Positions 17,469 through 27,544 of a DNA stretch of 64,000 nucleotides are shown here, one piece after another. The notes beneath the pieces are model-generated. The model was not told the DNA's origin. It did no database searches and worked only from the letters and a program-made list of their open reading frames with translations. The translations under genes and the position numbers were made by a program. The stretch comes from an uncultured Acidobacteriota bacterium (GTDB taxonomy: Bacteria > Acidobacteriota > UBA6911 > RPQK01 > JAPXNP01), in the NCBI GenBank assembly GCA_963777605.1, contig CAVZRV010000010.1, positions 512,001 to 576,000 of the forward strand. Direction: 5' to 3'. Position 1 is the first letter of the stretch, and the number at the start of each line of letters is the position of its first letter.

Positions 17469-19463
17469 ATGCCCGACTACGTAGGCCGGATGATCGAGTT
17501 CCTGGTGGGCGATTCACTTCGCTTCGGCGTCGTCACCGGCGAAGGCAAGAACAAGCTCCAGGTCACGGACCAGCACGGTCGACAGCACAGTCTGCCGCTT
17601 CGTAACGTCCTCATCGGACACCAGGAAAAGGCGGACGTCCGAGAGGTCGCCCAAGTCGCGGACGCGCTGAATACGAAAATTGCCGACGCGGTAGAGGACG
17701 TCGATTCCGAACTGCTCTGGGACGCGGTCGCCCAGGACGAACGCGACCTGGAACCGGCTGAGCTTGCCGAAATCTACTTCGGCGAAACCAACTGTTGCCT
17801 CGAATCGGCCATCCTTCGGGCGGCCATGGCAGATTCCGTTCATTTCAAAGTTCGCTCCGGCCGCGTGCAGCCTCGAAAACCGGAACAGGTCGAGGAACAG
17901 GAACGGGCGGTCCGGCGCCAGGCCGAAAAGGAGGCCCATCGCCGTCAGATTCGGTCGTGGTTCAGCGAAGTCCTCAGCGGAAACCAGTCCGAACCGGGTC
18001 TCGATCTCTCCGAGGTCGAGACGATCTTCCGCCGCCTCGAAGATTTTCTCCTTCAGCGACAGAAGGACGACGAAGTCTTTCTGTGGCTCGATGGACTCGA
18101 GCCGGAAGTCACTCCCCGCATGGCGGCTTACGAAATCCTGGCTTCACTGGGACGTCTTCCCGCCTCGGCCGACCCTCTCCTGGCGGCGGCGGGGATCGAT
18201 CCGAGATTTTCGCGAGAGGCCCTGGAATCGGCTGCGGCGCTGACTGCCTACATCGCGTCTTCCCGAAACCCGACCTTCGGTGGACCGCTGACGTTTGCGA
18301 TTGACGACGAAGAGACCAGGGAGGTGGACGACGCAATCACGGTCGAGGAGACCCCCGAAGGGCTCCAGGTTGCGGTCCACATCGCCGACGTTGACAGTTT
18401 TGTCACCCTTGATTCGGCTCTCGACGCAGAGGCGAGAAAGCGGGTCGCCACGGTATACCTGCCCCAAACAACGGTCCGCATGCTTCCCGAAGCCCTGTCC
18501 TGCGACCTGGCCAGCCTCGTCGCCGAAAAAGCCCGCCCCGTGGTGACCCTGATCGCAAGGTTCGATACCGAATTCCAGCTGACATCGTGGCACTTCACGC
18601 GTTCCGAGGCCACCGTCGCCGAGAATATCCCTTACGACAGAGTTGACGAGATCCTGGCCCAGAAGACCGACCCGCGCTACCCCGGGATGGCCCGACTGCA
18701 GAAACTTTCCAAACACCTGCTCAGGGAACGGGTTGAAGCGGGGGCGATCAGCATCAATCGACCGGAAGTCAAGGTGATTGTCCGCAAAGATTCGGTCCGG
18801 CTCAAAATGCTCGACCCCGACTCACCCAGTCGGGTGATCGTCCGTGAGTTGATGGTCCTGATGAATCGTCTGGCAGCGACCTTCGCCCAGGAAAACGGGG
18901 TCCCCGTTATATTTCGGTCCCAGCCCCCTCCGACCGAACCGATTGCCCTCCCTGAGGTCTACGACCCGGTCCGGGTCAACGAGGCTTTCTCTCGCCTGGA
19001 GAAGAGCCGACTCTCTGTGGAACCGGGTCGCCACTCCGGGCTTGCGCTCGACCAGTACACCCAGTTCAGCTCCCCAATCCGCCGCTATGCGGACCTCGTC
19101 GTGCAACGTCAAATTGTCGCCGCACTGAACGGCAATGCTCTGCCTTACAGGCCGGAGGACCTCCTGGAGATCATCAGCCAGGTCCAGACGATCGACGGCG
19201 ACATCCGATCGGCCGAGCGCAGTGCGATCCGTTTCTACACGCTGACCTACCTTGCCGAGAACTGTCGAGATGAAATCTTGCCCGGGACGGTGATCCGGGT
19301 TTTCGATCATGGGTACCTGGTAGAAACGCACGAATTCCTCATTCGGGGACTCCTTCCCAGAACCCGCGACCTGGTTCCCGGGAACCAGGTAGAAGTGAAA
19401 ATCGAACAGGTTTACCCGGCCCGAAACGTCCTGGTTTTTCGGGAGAACCACGGGAGTGGCTGA
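17469..19463 (+). CDS. RNB-domain exoribonuclease (RNase II/R family)
   Basis: IDDEETREVDDA, VHIADV, TVYLP, HSGLALDQYTQFSSPIRRYADL. Confidence 0.88.
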   Translation: MPDYVGRMIEFLVGDSLRFGVVTGEGKNKLQVTDQHGRQHSLPLRNVLIGHQEKADVREVAQVADALNTKIADAVEDVDSELLWDAVAQDERDLEPAELAEIYFGETNCCLESAILRAAMADSVHFKVRSGRVQPRKPEQVEEQERAVRRQAEKEAHRRQIRSWFSEVLSGNQSEPGLDLSEVETIFRRLEDFLLQRQKDDEVFLWLDGLEPEVTPRMAAYEILASLGRLPASADPLLAAAGIDPRFSREALESAAALTAYIASSRNPTFGGPLTFAIDDEETREVDDAITVEETPEGLQVAVHIADVDSFVTLDSALDAEARKRVATVYLPQTTVRMLPEALSCDLASLVAEKARPVVTLIARFDTEFQLTSWHFTRSEATVAENIPYDRVDEILAQKTDPRYPGMARLQKLSKHLLRERVEAGAISINRPEVKVIVRKDSVRLKMLDPDSPSRVIVRELMVLMNRLAATFAQENGVPVIFRSQPPPTEPIALPEVYDPVRVNEAFSRLEKSRLSVEPGRHSGLALDQYTQFSSPIRRYADLVVQRQIVAALNGNALPYRPEDLLEIISQVQTIDGDIRSAERSAIRFYTLTYLAENCRDEILPGTVIRVFDHGYLVETHEFLIRGLLPRTRDLVPGNQVEVKIEQVYPARNVLVFRENHGSG

Positions 19464-19490
19464 CCCGATTCCGTCACTGAAAAACACTTC

Positions 19491-20013
19491 TCCCGAAACT
19501 GGGAGCAGGCGGCCTGCATGTTCCAGGCGCTCGGCGATGGGAGCACCGTGCCTTCATCCGGCTACCACAAACTAATGGAGTCGGAAGTGATCGAGTTGAT
19601 TAACATTGCCGACGTCAGAGGTGCCGACCTGGTCAACTCGATCGTGATTTTTGACGAGGCACAGAACGCCAATCCGTTTCAGACGAGAACGCTGGGAACT
19701 CGGCTTGGGGAGAACACCAAGCTGATGGTACTCGGCGATCCCACCCAGATCGACAGCGCCTACCTCGACAAGTATTCCAACGCCTTGATCAACCTCCACA
19801 TCAACGCCACTCAAGTACCCAAAGCGCTTCATCGCTCAGATCTGCCTGACTCAGATGGTGCGAAGCTGTACTTCAAAGTGGTTCGAGGTGACTATTCAGG
19901 ACCCTGTCCGGGCGAAATCGTCGGCCCACGGCTTTCTGAACAGTAGAAAAGACCGGAAAAAAATCGGCCGACGACTGAAACATTGTCGGAAGATTATCCA
20001 TCTTTCCAATTAA
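19491..20013 (+). pseudogene. PhoH-family ATPase remnant (internal deletion and frameshift)
   Basis: RNWEQA runs almost directly into VRG...IVIFDEAQN...TRLGENTKLMVLGDPTQID. Walker A is missing. A +1 shift at about 19822 restores FIAQICLTQMVRS. Confidence 0.7.
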
Positions 20014-20105
20014 AAGACAGTTGTGAATCGCCGACCGGGTTTCTCACGACCAGTTGAATGCGACGAAAAGACCCGGCGCTCAAAGCGCCGACGGAGATTT
20101 GTTAA

Positions 20106-20474
20106 ATGGCAACGAAAGCGCTGATGCTCAAGTCCGAACGCCTTTTTCCCCAGAACCGGCGACCGGAGAGAGAACTCATCAACCTTGCCATGGGAATCCT
20201 GACTCAGGCGGTCAGAGATTTGATCAGCCCTCAGAAGAAGGTCGAAAAGGATTGGAAAGACTGGCAGGCTGATTCTCGCGAATGGTTCAATTCGCCCGAG
20301 CAAGATACCGGTAGCTTCCTTTGGGTCTGCGACGTAATCGGAGCCGAGCCGGAACGAATGAGAGAGTGGGTCGAGAGCCTGGACAACCTCGATCGCCGTA
20401 AGAAGAAAGCCATGATTCTCAGCCTGATCCGGCTGACCTACCTTCGCAATAACCCAAGGGCTGAATCCAATTAG
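20106..20474 (+). CDS. Small conserved hypothetical protein
   Basis: RBS GGAG; LAMGILTQAVRDL...REWFNS...SFLWVCDVIG motif pattern. Confidence 0.7.
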   Translation: MATKALMLKSERLFPQNRRPERELINLAMGILTQAVRDLISPQKKVEKDWKDWQADSREWFNSPEQDTGSFLWVCDVIGAEPERMREWVESLDNLDRRKKKAMILSLIRLTYLRNNPRAESN

Positions 20475-20547
20475 AACCAGGTAGCGGAGAGCTGGATGAA
20501 ATCCGGGCTATGGCCTGGACGCTAAGGCTCTGCCATAATCCTCAGCC

Positions 20548-22401
20548 ATGCTGAGGAGAATAATTCTGGCCGTCTTGGCCGGCAGCCTGACCGGCTGTGG
20601 CCCGGCCACTGTGCTTCGCCTCCAGGGCGACCTGACGGTCGGGCAACCAGTGACCATCACGATCAGCGGCCCCCAATGTTTGGAGAAGGGCACGCCGAAC
20701 CCGTTCCTCGACTACCGGATGGAAGCCGATTTCACCCATGAATCTGGCCTCGAACTGCGGATTCCAGGCTATTTTGCCGCCGACGGCCGGGCAGCCGATT
20801 CGGGAGCGTCCGCGGGTGATAAATGGCGCGTCAATTTCCTTCCGCCGGTACCCGGACATTGGAGCTTCAAGGTTTCGCTTGTTGAAGGTGACCGGGTAGC
20901 CCTGATGCCCGGGAACGAGCGAGCCAAAGCGGCGGGAGACGGAACCCGGGGAGAGATCGAGATTATAGCCGCCCCCGAGTCGTCGAGTAAGCGGGATCCC
21001 CGAAATCGGGGGAAGCTGCAGTACGTTGGGCGACGCTACCTCCGGTTCTCTACTTCCGGAGACTATTTCCTGAAGGCGGGGACCGACAGTCCTGAGAACT
21101 TCCTGGCTTTTGCCGACTTTGACTCCGATACCGAGGGTCGGCGTGAGTCAGGAATGCCGAGGTCCGGCGAGGCGGCCCTTGCCCCAAGGCATCGTTACGG
21201 ACCTCATGTCAGGGACTGGCAGGAGGGCGACCCGACCTGGCGGGACGGGCTCGGCAAGGGGATTATCGGAGCCCTCAACTATCTTCATTCTCAGGGCGTC
21301 AATTCGGTCTACTTTTTGACCATGAACATTGGCGGTGATGGGGACGACGTCTGGCCTTACTCCAGCCGGAGTGACCGCTACCGCTTTGATTGTTCCCGCC
21401 TCGACCAATGGAACATCGTTTTCGATCACATGGACCGCCTCGGCCAGATGCTCCACGTCGTCCTGACTGAGACGGAAAATGAGAATCTGTTCGAATCAGA
21501 GGAGGGCGGCACCTTTGCAGATTCCCGAAAGATCTACTACCGGGAACTGATCGCACGGTTCTCCCACCACTCGGCGCTGGTTTGGAATCTCGGCGAAGAA
21601 AACGGTTGGGACAACGAATCCCTTCAGGAGGGCCCCGTCCCGGGCAAGGGAAACTCCGACGAACAGCGGAAGGCTTTCGCCCAATACCTGCGCGCAACCG
21701 ATCCCTATGAAAACCCTATCGTCGTCCACACCCTTCCCGGAGATTACGACCGGATCTACACGCCCCTGCTAGGTGTTGACTCAATTGACGGCCCCTCACT
21801 TCAAATGGGCGATGTCCGTCAAACTCATGCGGAAACGCTCAAATGGGTTCGGAAGTCAGAGGGCGCTTCGCATCCGTGGTTCGTTTGTCTCGACGAGGTC
21901 GGTCCCGCAGACACCGGGGTATTGCCCGACCTGGAGGACCCCGAACACAACGATATGCGGCGCTTCGGACTGTGGGGCAACCTGATGGCCGGCGGAGCCG
22001 GCGTCGAGTGGTACTTCGGCTACAGGCACCCTGACAATGATCTTAACCTGGAGGACTTTCGCAGCCGGGAGCAGATCTGGAGGCAGACGGCGGCTGCGAT
22101 CCGCTTCTTTCAGGAGGAGGTGCCCTTCGAGGAAATGAATTCGGCGGATGACCTGGTTTCGAGCCCGGACGCCTACTGCCTGGCCGACCCGGGCCAGGTC
22201 TACCTGGTTTACCTGGGACGAGGCGGCACCACGGAGCTCGAAATTCCGAACGGCACCTTCCACGTCAGCTGGTTTGACCCGGCCGCTGGACGAGAACTTC
22301 ACGAAGGCTCGGTGAGAACCATCCAGGGACCTGGGAAGCGGTCCCTTGGGTCTCCCCCGGGACGCTCCAGCCGAGACTGGGCGGTACTGGTTCGCAAGTA
22401 G
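20548..22401 (+). CDS. DUF5060-domain lipoprotein, putative glycoside hydrolase with a C-terminal collagen-binding-like domain
   Basis: Lipobox LTGC; GYFAADG, KWRVNF, WNLGEEN, LWGNLMAGGAGVEWYFG, WFDP. Confidence 0.75.
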   Translation: MLRRIILAVLAGSLTGCGPATVLRLQGDLTVGQPVTITISGPQCLEKGTPNPFLDYRMEADFTHESGLELRIPGYFAADGRAADSGASAGDKWRVNFLPPVPGHWSFKVSLVEGDRVALMPGNERAKAAGDGTRGEIEIIAAPESSSKRDPRNRGKLQYVGRRYLRFSTSGDYFLKAGTDSPENFLAFADFDSDTEGRRESGMPRSGEAALAPRHRYGPHVRDWQEGDPTWRDGLGKGIIGALNYLHSQGVNSVYFLTMNIGGDGDDVWPYSSRSDRYRFDCSRLDQWNIVFDHMDRLGQMLHVVLTETENENLFESEEGGTFADSRKIYYRELIARFSHHSALVWNLGEENGWDNESLQEGPVPGKGNSDEQRKAFAQYLRATDPYENPIVVHTLPGDYDRIYTPLLGVDSIDGPSLQMGDVRQTHAETLKWVRKSEGASHPWFVCLDEVGPADTGVLPDLEDPEHNDMRRFGLWGNLMAGGAGVEWYFGYRHPDNDLNLEDFRSREQIWRQTAAAIRFFQEEVPFEEMNSADDLVSSPDAYCLADPGQVYLVYLGRGGTTELEIPNGTFHVSWFDPAAGRELHEGSVRTIQGPGKRSLGSPPGRSSRDWAVLVRK

Positions 22402-22440
22402 GCGCGCCCGGCTGTGCCGGATCATTCAAAGAGTGAAACT

Positions 22441-22640
22441 GCCCCGCGCTGGCGCCTTGGTTTCAGCCCAGGGCTTACCCTGGGTCCGTGGTCCCGGCAA
22501 GGCGATCGCGGCCTGTAAGGTCGCGCCGATTCTTCACGTCCGGAGAGCTGTGCCGCCCTTTCAGGGCTGGATTCTTGATGGGGGAACCGTAAACCCAGGC
22601 AAATGCCTGGGCTGGAAACAGGCCCCCTTCAGGGGCCAGC
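22441..22640. repeat. REP/REPIN-like composite palindromic element
   Basis: Hairpins CCCAGGG-CTTA-CCCTGGG, GCGGCCTGTAAGGTCGC, GCCCTTTCAGGGC, CCCAGGC-AAAT-GCCTGGG and GGCCCC-CTTCA-GGGGCC. Outer inverted arms GTTTCAGCCCAGG and CCTGGGCTGGAAAC. Confidence 0.7.
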
Positions 22641-22760
22641 CCGGCGCCGATCCCGTGATCATCACTCATCCACGTCTGGCACCGGACCAGGAACCAGGTT
22701 CCAGCCGATAATCGCGTCCCTGGCTCTCCACCGATCGCCCGAATCTCCATCCAGACGCGT

Positions 22761-22787
22761 CCAATTCATCCAGTTCTTCCAGTTCAT
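22761..22787. repeat. Degenerate 9-bp tandem repeat, three copies
   Basis: CCAATTCAT CCAGTTCTT CCAGTTCAT. Confidence 0.55.
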
Positions 22788-22837
22788 CCAAATGAAGTTT
22801 CAGGTTAAGCTCACCGCGAAAATGAATCCTCCGTTAC

Positions 22838-24280
22838 TCAGTTGTCGGAGCCGGGTCCAAAGACACTTGCCGAGAAACGGAATATCACGGTGTCGGAACG
22901 CTCCCACGCCGCAGGCTCGAGACCAGCCTTGGTGCAGGTCTGACGGAGTAACGCAAGTCGGTCCCAGCCATGCTCCGGGGCCACCTGCGGGAGAAGCAGT
23001 CCGCGCCGGGAGCCTTGCTCTATCATCAGTCCGTCACGGCCGATTTCGATTTCGTCGATGCGCCGCACGATCCTGAGCGGAGAGAGAATCGATATCTCAT
23101 AGTCGATCTCCTCCAACTCAGACTCCGTAACCGGCGGAAATCTCGGGTCGAGCGTCGCCGCACTGATCGCAGCATTCCTGACCGCGTCGGCCAGTGGCTC
23201 GCGGGCCACGATGCTGCCGATGCAACCGCGCAAAACCCCTCCGAACCGAAGAGTTACAAAGACGGCGGCCGGCTCTTCCAGATCGGGCAAATCTGGTCGT
23301 TCCACGGCCGAGCGGGTTCCCTCCACCGCGTCATCCAGGGCCTGGCGACAGATTTCGAGAAGTTGTCGGCGGACAGCCGGGCCGGGCCCGAAATCAGGAT
23401 CCCGCAACCCTTCGGTCTCGACGAATGCGGCTGAAAGGTAGCCGACGACTCCATCCCTCCGAAACGGAGGGACGTCACCCGAACTCGAGTAATTGAGGAT
23501 TTCGGCACGGTTACCGCCTGCCTGCTGTGCCGCAATCATGGCGGCGGCAACAGGTCCTGCTCCGCATGCCTCGGACTCCCCACCCTCCACATTCTGAAGA
23601 AGGCTGAGGTAATCCCATTTTCGGATCATGCTGATCACGCGATTGTCCAGATCACGGGCCTCGGAGTAAGGGTGATAGTGGGAGAGGTCGGAACTTGCCA
23701 CGAGCACGCTGTCACCGTCCATCAGATCGGCCAGTGCGATTCCCAATTTCCGGCAGGTGGACCAGTCCTGGCTGCCGAGCACAATGGGAACGAGCAAAAA
23801 GCTGTCCATAATCGCCTGCAGAAACGGCAACTGTACCTCGAGGGCGTGCTCGCCCCTGCCGCCCCTTCCTGTCACATGGCCCCGCTCCGAAACAGCGCCG
23901 GCACCGGCCGCCGCCAGCCGTCCAGCGAACTCACTGTCAACCGGAATCTTTCCCAACGGCGTCAAATAGTGGGAACCCGAAAAGATTGAAGCTCCGTCGA
24001 AAGCGTCCACGTGACACGGAGCAATCACCACCACTCGACGCGGCTTTTGCCGTGCCAGCAGTTTGAACCCGTGAGCGGCAACTTGTCCCGAGTAGGGATA
24101 CCCGGCGTGGGGAGAGACGACGGCAATGACCCTCCCCAGGTTCTCGGGAACCGAAGCATCGCTCAGGTAGCCGTCCACCTGGTCCTTCAGGTCGCTGGGA
24201 TCGTCCGGGTAGAACAGGCCTGCGACTGCCGGCTCCCGGACCAGCCCGCGTCGCGTGCGGGAGAAATCAATTCCGTACAC
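22838..24280 (-). CDS. amrB: Second AmrB-AmrA fusion, without signal peptide
   Basis: VREPAVAGLFYP, SPHAGYPYSG, EHALEVQLPFL, SSDLSHY, AVFVTL, LRGCIG, DPRF, GLLLPQVA. GTG start at 24280 after GGAGGAGG. Confidence 0.92.
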   Translation of the reverse strand: MYGIDFSRTRRGLVREPAVAGLFYPDDPSDLKDQVDGYLSDASVPENLGRVIAVVSPHAGYPYSGQVAAHGFKLLARQKPRRVVVIAPCHVDAFDGASIFSGSHYLTPLGKIPVDSEFAGRLAAAGAGAVSERGHVTGRGGRGEHALEVQLPFLQAIMDSFLLVPIVLGSQDWSTCRKLGIALADLMDGDSVLVASSDLSHYHPYSEARDLDNRVISMIRKWDYLSLLQNVEGGESEACGAGPVAAAMIAAQQAGGNRAEILNYSSSGDVPPFRRDGVVGYLSAAFVETEGLRDPDFGPGPAVRRQLLEICRQALDDAVEGTRSAVERPDLPDLEEPAAVFVTLRFGGVLRGCIGSIVAREPLADAVRNAAISAATLDPRFPPVTESELEEIDYEISILSPLRIVRRIDEIEIGRDGLMIEQGSRRGLLLPQVAPEHGWDRLALLRQTCTKAGLEPAAWERSDTVIFRFSASVFGPGSDN

Positions 24281-24439
24281 GGTAACACCTCCTCCAGACC
24301 GCTCTTTGAAAAATTGCAAGCGATTCGGTAGGCGTCCCCATTCTAACTCGCGCCGGGCCATTCAGAAACCGTGCCCGATGATCTTTTTCACTTCCTTCTG
24401 CTAGAATCAACGCCAACGGGTGAAGAAAAGGTAAACATC

Positions 24440-25465
24440 ATGCAAGGACGAGGTACTCCGGAGAACCCTGCCAACCGCTTTGACCGGCTCCATCTCGAGT
24501 GGGACGAAGGTTACCAGCCGAGTGCGGAAACCCACTTCCTGGTTGACCGAACCGGCAGAATCATCACTTCGAACGACAGTCCGGACATCGGCTACGACTT
24601 CAGCCTGAATCCTTATCGGGGTTGCGAGCACGGCTGCATTTACTGCTACGCCCGCCCTACTCACGAATACCTCGGTTATTCCTCCGGCCTCGACTTTGAA
24701 ACCCGGATCCTGGTCAAAACCGAAGCTCCGACGCTGCTCCGCCGCGAGCTCGACTCGCCGCGCTGGTCCCCCGCCGTAGTGGCGCTCTCCGGGGTAACCG
24801 ATCCCTATCAGCCGGCGGAACGCCGACTCCGGTTAACCCGCGGCTGCCTCGAAGTGCTTGCGGAATTCCGCAACCCGGTCACGATTATCACCAAGAATCA
24901 TCTCATCACCCGGGACCTTGACCTGCTCGAAGAACTCTCTCGTTTCAATGGCGTCAGCGCCCGGGTTTCGGTGACCACGCTGAACGCCGAGCTGCACCGA
25001 GTCATGGAACCTCGCACATCCAGTCCTCGCCGCCGCCTCGACGCGATCGAACAACTTGCGCGCCACGGGATACCGGTTGGCGTCATGGTGGCACCGGTAA
25101 TTCCCGGTCTGAATGATCACGAGATCCCCGAGATCCTGAAGCAAGCCCGACTCCGGGGAGCGATCGCCGCTCACTTCCAGATCGTGCGACTGCCCTATTC
25201 CGTCAAGGACCTCTTCATCTCGTGGCTGCGGGAGCGCTTCCCCGATCGCGCCGACCGGGTAATCAACCGAATCCTGGAGGTCCGAGCCGGACGTCTGAAT
25301 GACTCCCGCTTCTTTCATCGCATGCGGGGAGAGGGGGAGTATGCGGGGCAGATTCAGCAACTCTTCGAGAGGTCCCATCGCCGGGAAGCGTTCCTGGACC
25401 ACCTGCCGCCACTCTCCTGCGCTTCATTTCGACGCCAGGGTCAGCTCAGGCTCCCCTGGGATTGA
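24440..25465 (+). CDS. PA0069/Rv2578c-family (SplB-like) radical SAM protein
   Basis: GRGTPENPANRF, SLNPYRGCEHGCIYCYARPTHEYLG, TDPYQPAE. Confidence 0.9.
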   Translation: MQGRGTPENPANRFDRLHLEWDEGYQPSAETHFLVDRTGRIITSNDSPDIGYDFSLNPYRGCEHGCIYCYARPTHEYLGYSSGLDFETRILVKTEAPTLLRRELDSPRWSPAVVALSGVTDPYQPAERRLRLTRGCLEVLAEFRNPVTIITKNHLITRDLDLLEELSRFNGVSARVSVTTLNAELHRVMEPRTSSPRRRLDAIEQLARHGIPVGVMVAPVIPGLNDHEIPEILKQARLRGAIAAHFQIVRLPYSVKDLFISWLRERFPDRADRVINRILEVRAGRLNDSRFFHRMRGEGEYAGQIQQLFERSHRREAFLDHLPPLSCASFRRQGQLRLPWD

Positions 25466-25478
25466 TTCGGCGTCCCGA

Positions 25479-25775
25479 TCACATCTCGGCGGTCAGTTCG
25501 AGGAATCTTCGGTACGGAATCGCCGACCAGCTCTCGGCGGAGAATGCTCCGTTTTTCAGGCTGATCATGGACACCTTGGCGGCCGTTTCTTCGTCGGGAG
25601 CCTCGTAGATGTCGAGAAAGTCATAGGGTCCCAAAAGCGCATAGTGGGCCACAAACCGTACTTCAGGGCATTTCTGCCTGACCTGCTCCAGCCACTCGCG
25701 CCCCTGGGCGGCGCGGTCCTCGATACGGCGCGAGACCTCAGGTGCCAGTTTCGTCATCAGAACAAAGGTTTTCAT
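25479..25775 (-). CDS. GYD domain protein
   Basis: MKTFVLMTKL...YALLGPYDFLDIYEAPDEETAAKVS. Confidence 0.85.
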   Translation of the reverse strand: MKTFVLMTKLAPEVSRRIEDRAAQGREWLEQVRQKCPEVRFVAHYALLGPYDFLDIYEAPDEETAAKVSMISLKNGAFSAESWSAIPYRRFLELTAEM

Positions 25776-26054
25776 GGCGGGTCTCCTTTCAGAGAACGAG
25801 TCGTTACTTCCCTGTTTACCACCGTAGACGCCGCGAGACAATTCCCCCGCCGGATCCCGTACCGATGCCGGCCCGGACCGAGTTCACGAAGTCGGACACC
25901 GGTTCGTGGACGTGCTCAATCACGGAGCCTCTCCAGATCTCCGCCCGGCATTGTCGCGCAGAAAGCCATCGAACTCGGTGCTGCTTGTACCCGCATCCCA
26001 CTTTCGGGAAAATGGGCAGAGCCGACTTGACGGCTCCGACCACAAGAGGTGCCA

Positions 26055-27419
26055 ATGGGGTTTCTTGACGAAAACTATCTGCTGAGCTCTTCTGCCGCGC
26101 GGGACCTGTACTCCATGGTCAAAGATCTGCCGATCGTTGACCCGCACAACCACGCCGACGTGGAGGAGATCGTTCTCAACCGCAACTGGATCGACATCTG
26201 GCAGGTCGAGGGGGCCACGGACCACTACGTCTGGGAGTTGATGCGGCGCCGGGGCGTTGCGGAAGAGAACATTACCGGGACAGGATCCAACCTGGAGAAG
26301 TGGAGGGCTCTCGCCTCCCGGTTTCCGGAGTTTACGGGCAATCCCACCTACGAGTGGATCCACCTGGACCTGCGCCGCCGGTTCGGTCTTTCCGACACGA
26401 TTTCGGGAGCAACCGCCGACCGCATTTGGGAAGCCGCCGCCGCCCGACTCGCGACAAGAGAGATGCGACCGCAAGCGGTCCTGAGGGAGATGAAGGTCGA
26501 GATCATGTGCACGACCGACGATCCTACCCTCGACCTTGGGCTGCACGAACGAGCCCGAACCGAGATCGCCGACGTCCGGATCCTTCCCACCTGGAGGCCC
26601 GACAAGGCGATGAACCTCCGCTTGCCACGTTGGAAGCCGTTCGTAGAAGGGCTCTGCGCCGAAGCCGGTGTCGGCGCCTCGACCCTTTCCGGCCTGGAAC
26701 AGGCGCTGGCGGCCAGTCATCACTACTTCGGCCGCATGGGCTGCGTGGCCAGCGATCATGGGCTGACCACTCCGGCCGCTCACCATGTCCGCCGTGAAGT
26801 AGCCGCCCACCTCTACGCACGGGCAATCGGCGGCGAGAGCATTGACTCCGAGATGGCGGGTGATTTCCAGGCCTACATGCTTCACTTCTTCGCCCGGCTG
26901 AACCGTGATGCGGGGTGGGTCACGCAGTTGCACATCGGCCCCGTCCGCGACTACCGGGACTCGCTTTGGAAGTCTTTGGGCCCCGATTCCGGCGGCGACA
27001 TCTCGACCCAGAGTATTGACCTGGTGCCGGGACTGCACCACTTGCTGAACGAGTTCGACGGGAGCATGAAGATCGTCCTTTACGTCGTTGATCCCACCCA
27101 CTGGCCGACCCTGGCGACCCTGGCAAGAGCATTTCCGAATGTCTCCCTCGGCTCAGCCTGGTGGTTCAACGACAGCCCTTTCGGGATGGAAACCCAGCTC
27201 AAGTACCTCGCCACTGTTGACCTGCTCGCCAACCATGCCGGAATGGTCACGGATTCCAGGAAACTCCTGTCATTCGGGTCGCGAACCGAGATGTTTCGAC
27301 GCGTGCTTTGTCAGGTGGTCGGAGAAATGGTCGAGAAAGGGCAGGTTCCTGATGCACCGGCCGAGTGGCTGGTCAAACAGCTTTCGTACAATCGGCCCCG
27401 GGAGCTCTTCTTCGGCTGA
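26055..27419 (+). CDS. uxaC: Uronate (glucuronate/galacturonate) isomerase
   Basis: PIVDPHNH, TDHYVWELMR, GNPTYEW, TTDDP, PTWRPD, SDHG, AWWFND, TDSRKLLS. Confidence 0.93.
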   Translation: MGFLDENYLLSSSAARDLYSMVKDLPIVDPHNHADVEEIVLNRNWIDIWQVEGATDHYVWELMRRRGVAEENITGTGSNLEKWRALASRFPEFTGNPTYEWIHLDLRRRFGLSDTISGATADRIWEAAAARLATREMRPQAVLREMKVEIMCTTDDPTLDLGLHERARTEIADVRILPTWRPDKAMNLRLPRWKPFVEGLCAEAGVGASTLSGLEQALAASHHYFGRMGCVASDHGLTTPAAHHVRREVAAHLYARAIGGESIDSEMAGDFQAYMLHFFARLNRDAGWVTQLHIGPVRDYRDSLWKSLGPDSGGDISTQSIDLVPGLHHLLNEFDGSMKIVLYVVDPTHWPTLATLARAFPNVSLGSAWWFNDSPFGMETQLKYLATVDLLANHAGMVTDSRKLLSFGSRTEMFRRVLCQVVGEMVEKGQVPDAPAEWLVKQLSYNRPRELFFG

Positions 27420-27544
27420 TTCTCCAAGGAGGCAGCACGGACTTGCAGACCATACTCCGCCTGCAACGTCCCACTGCCCACAATCTGGCTTTATCCGCCG
27501 GCCTTCAAGCCGAGCCAACGACGACAATATCGAGAACTGAGCCA

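Noticed and set aside
25816-26055. TonB-like fragment GIGTGSGGGI
   Set aside because: Too short and low-complexity to support a call.
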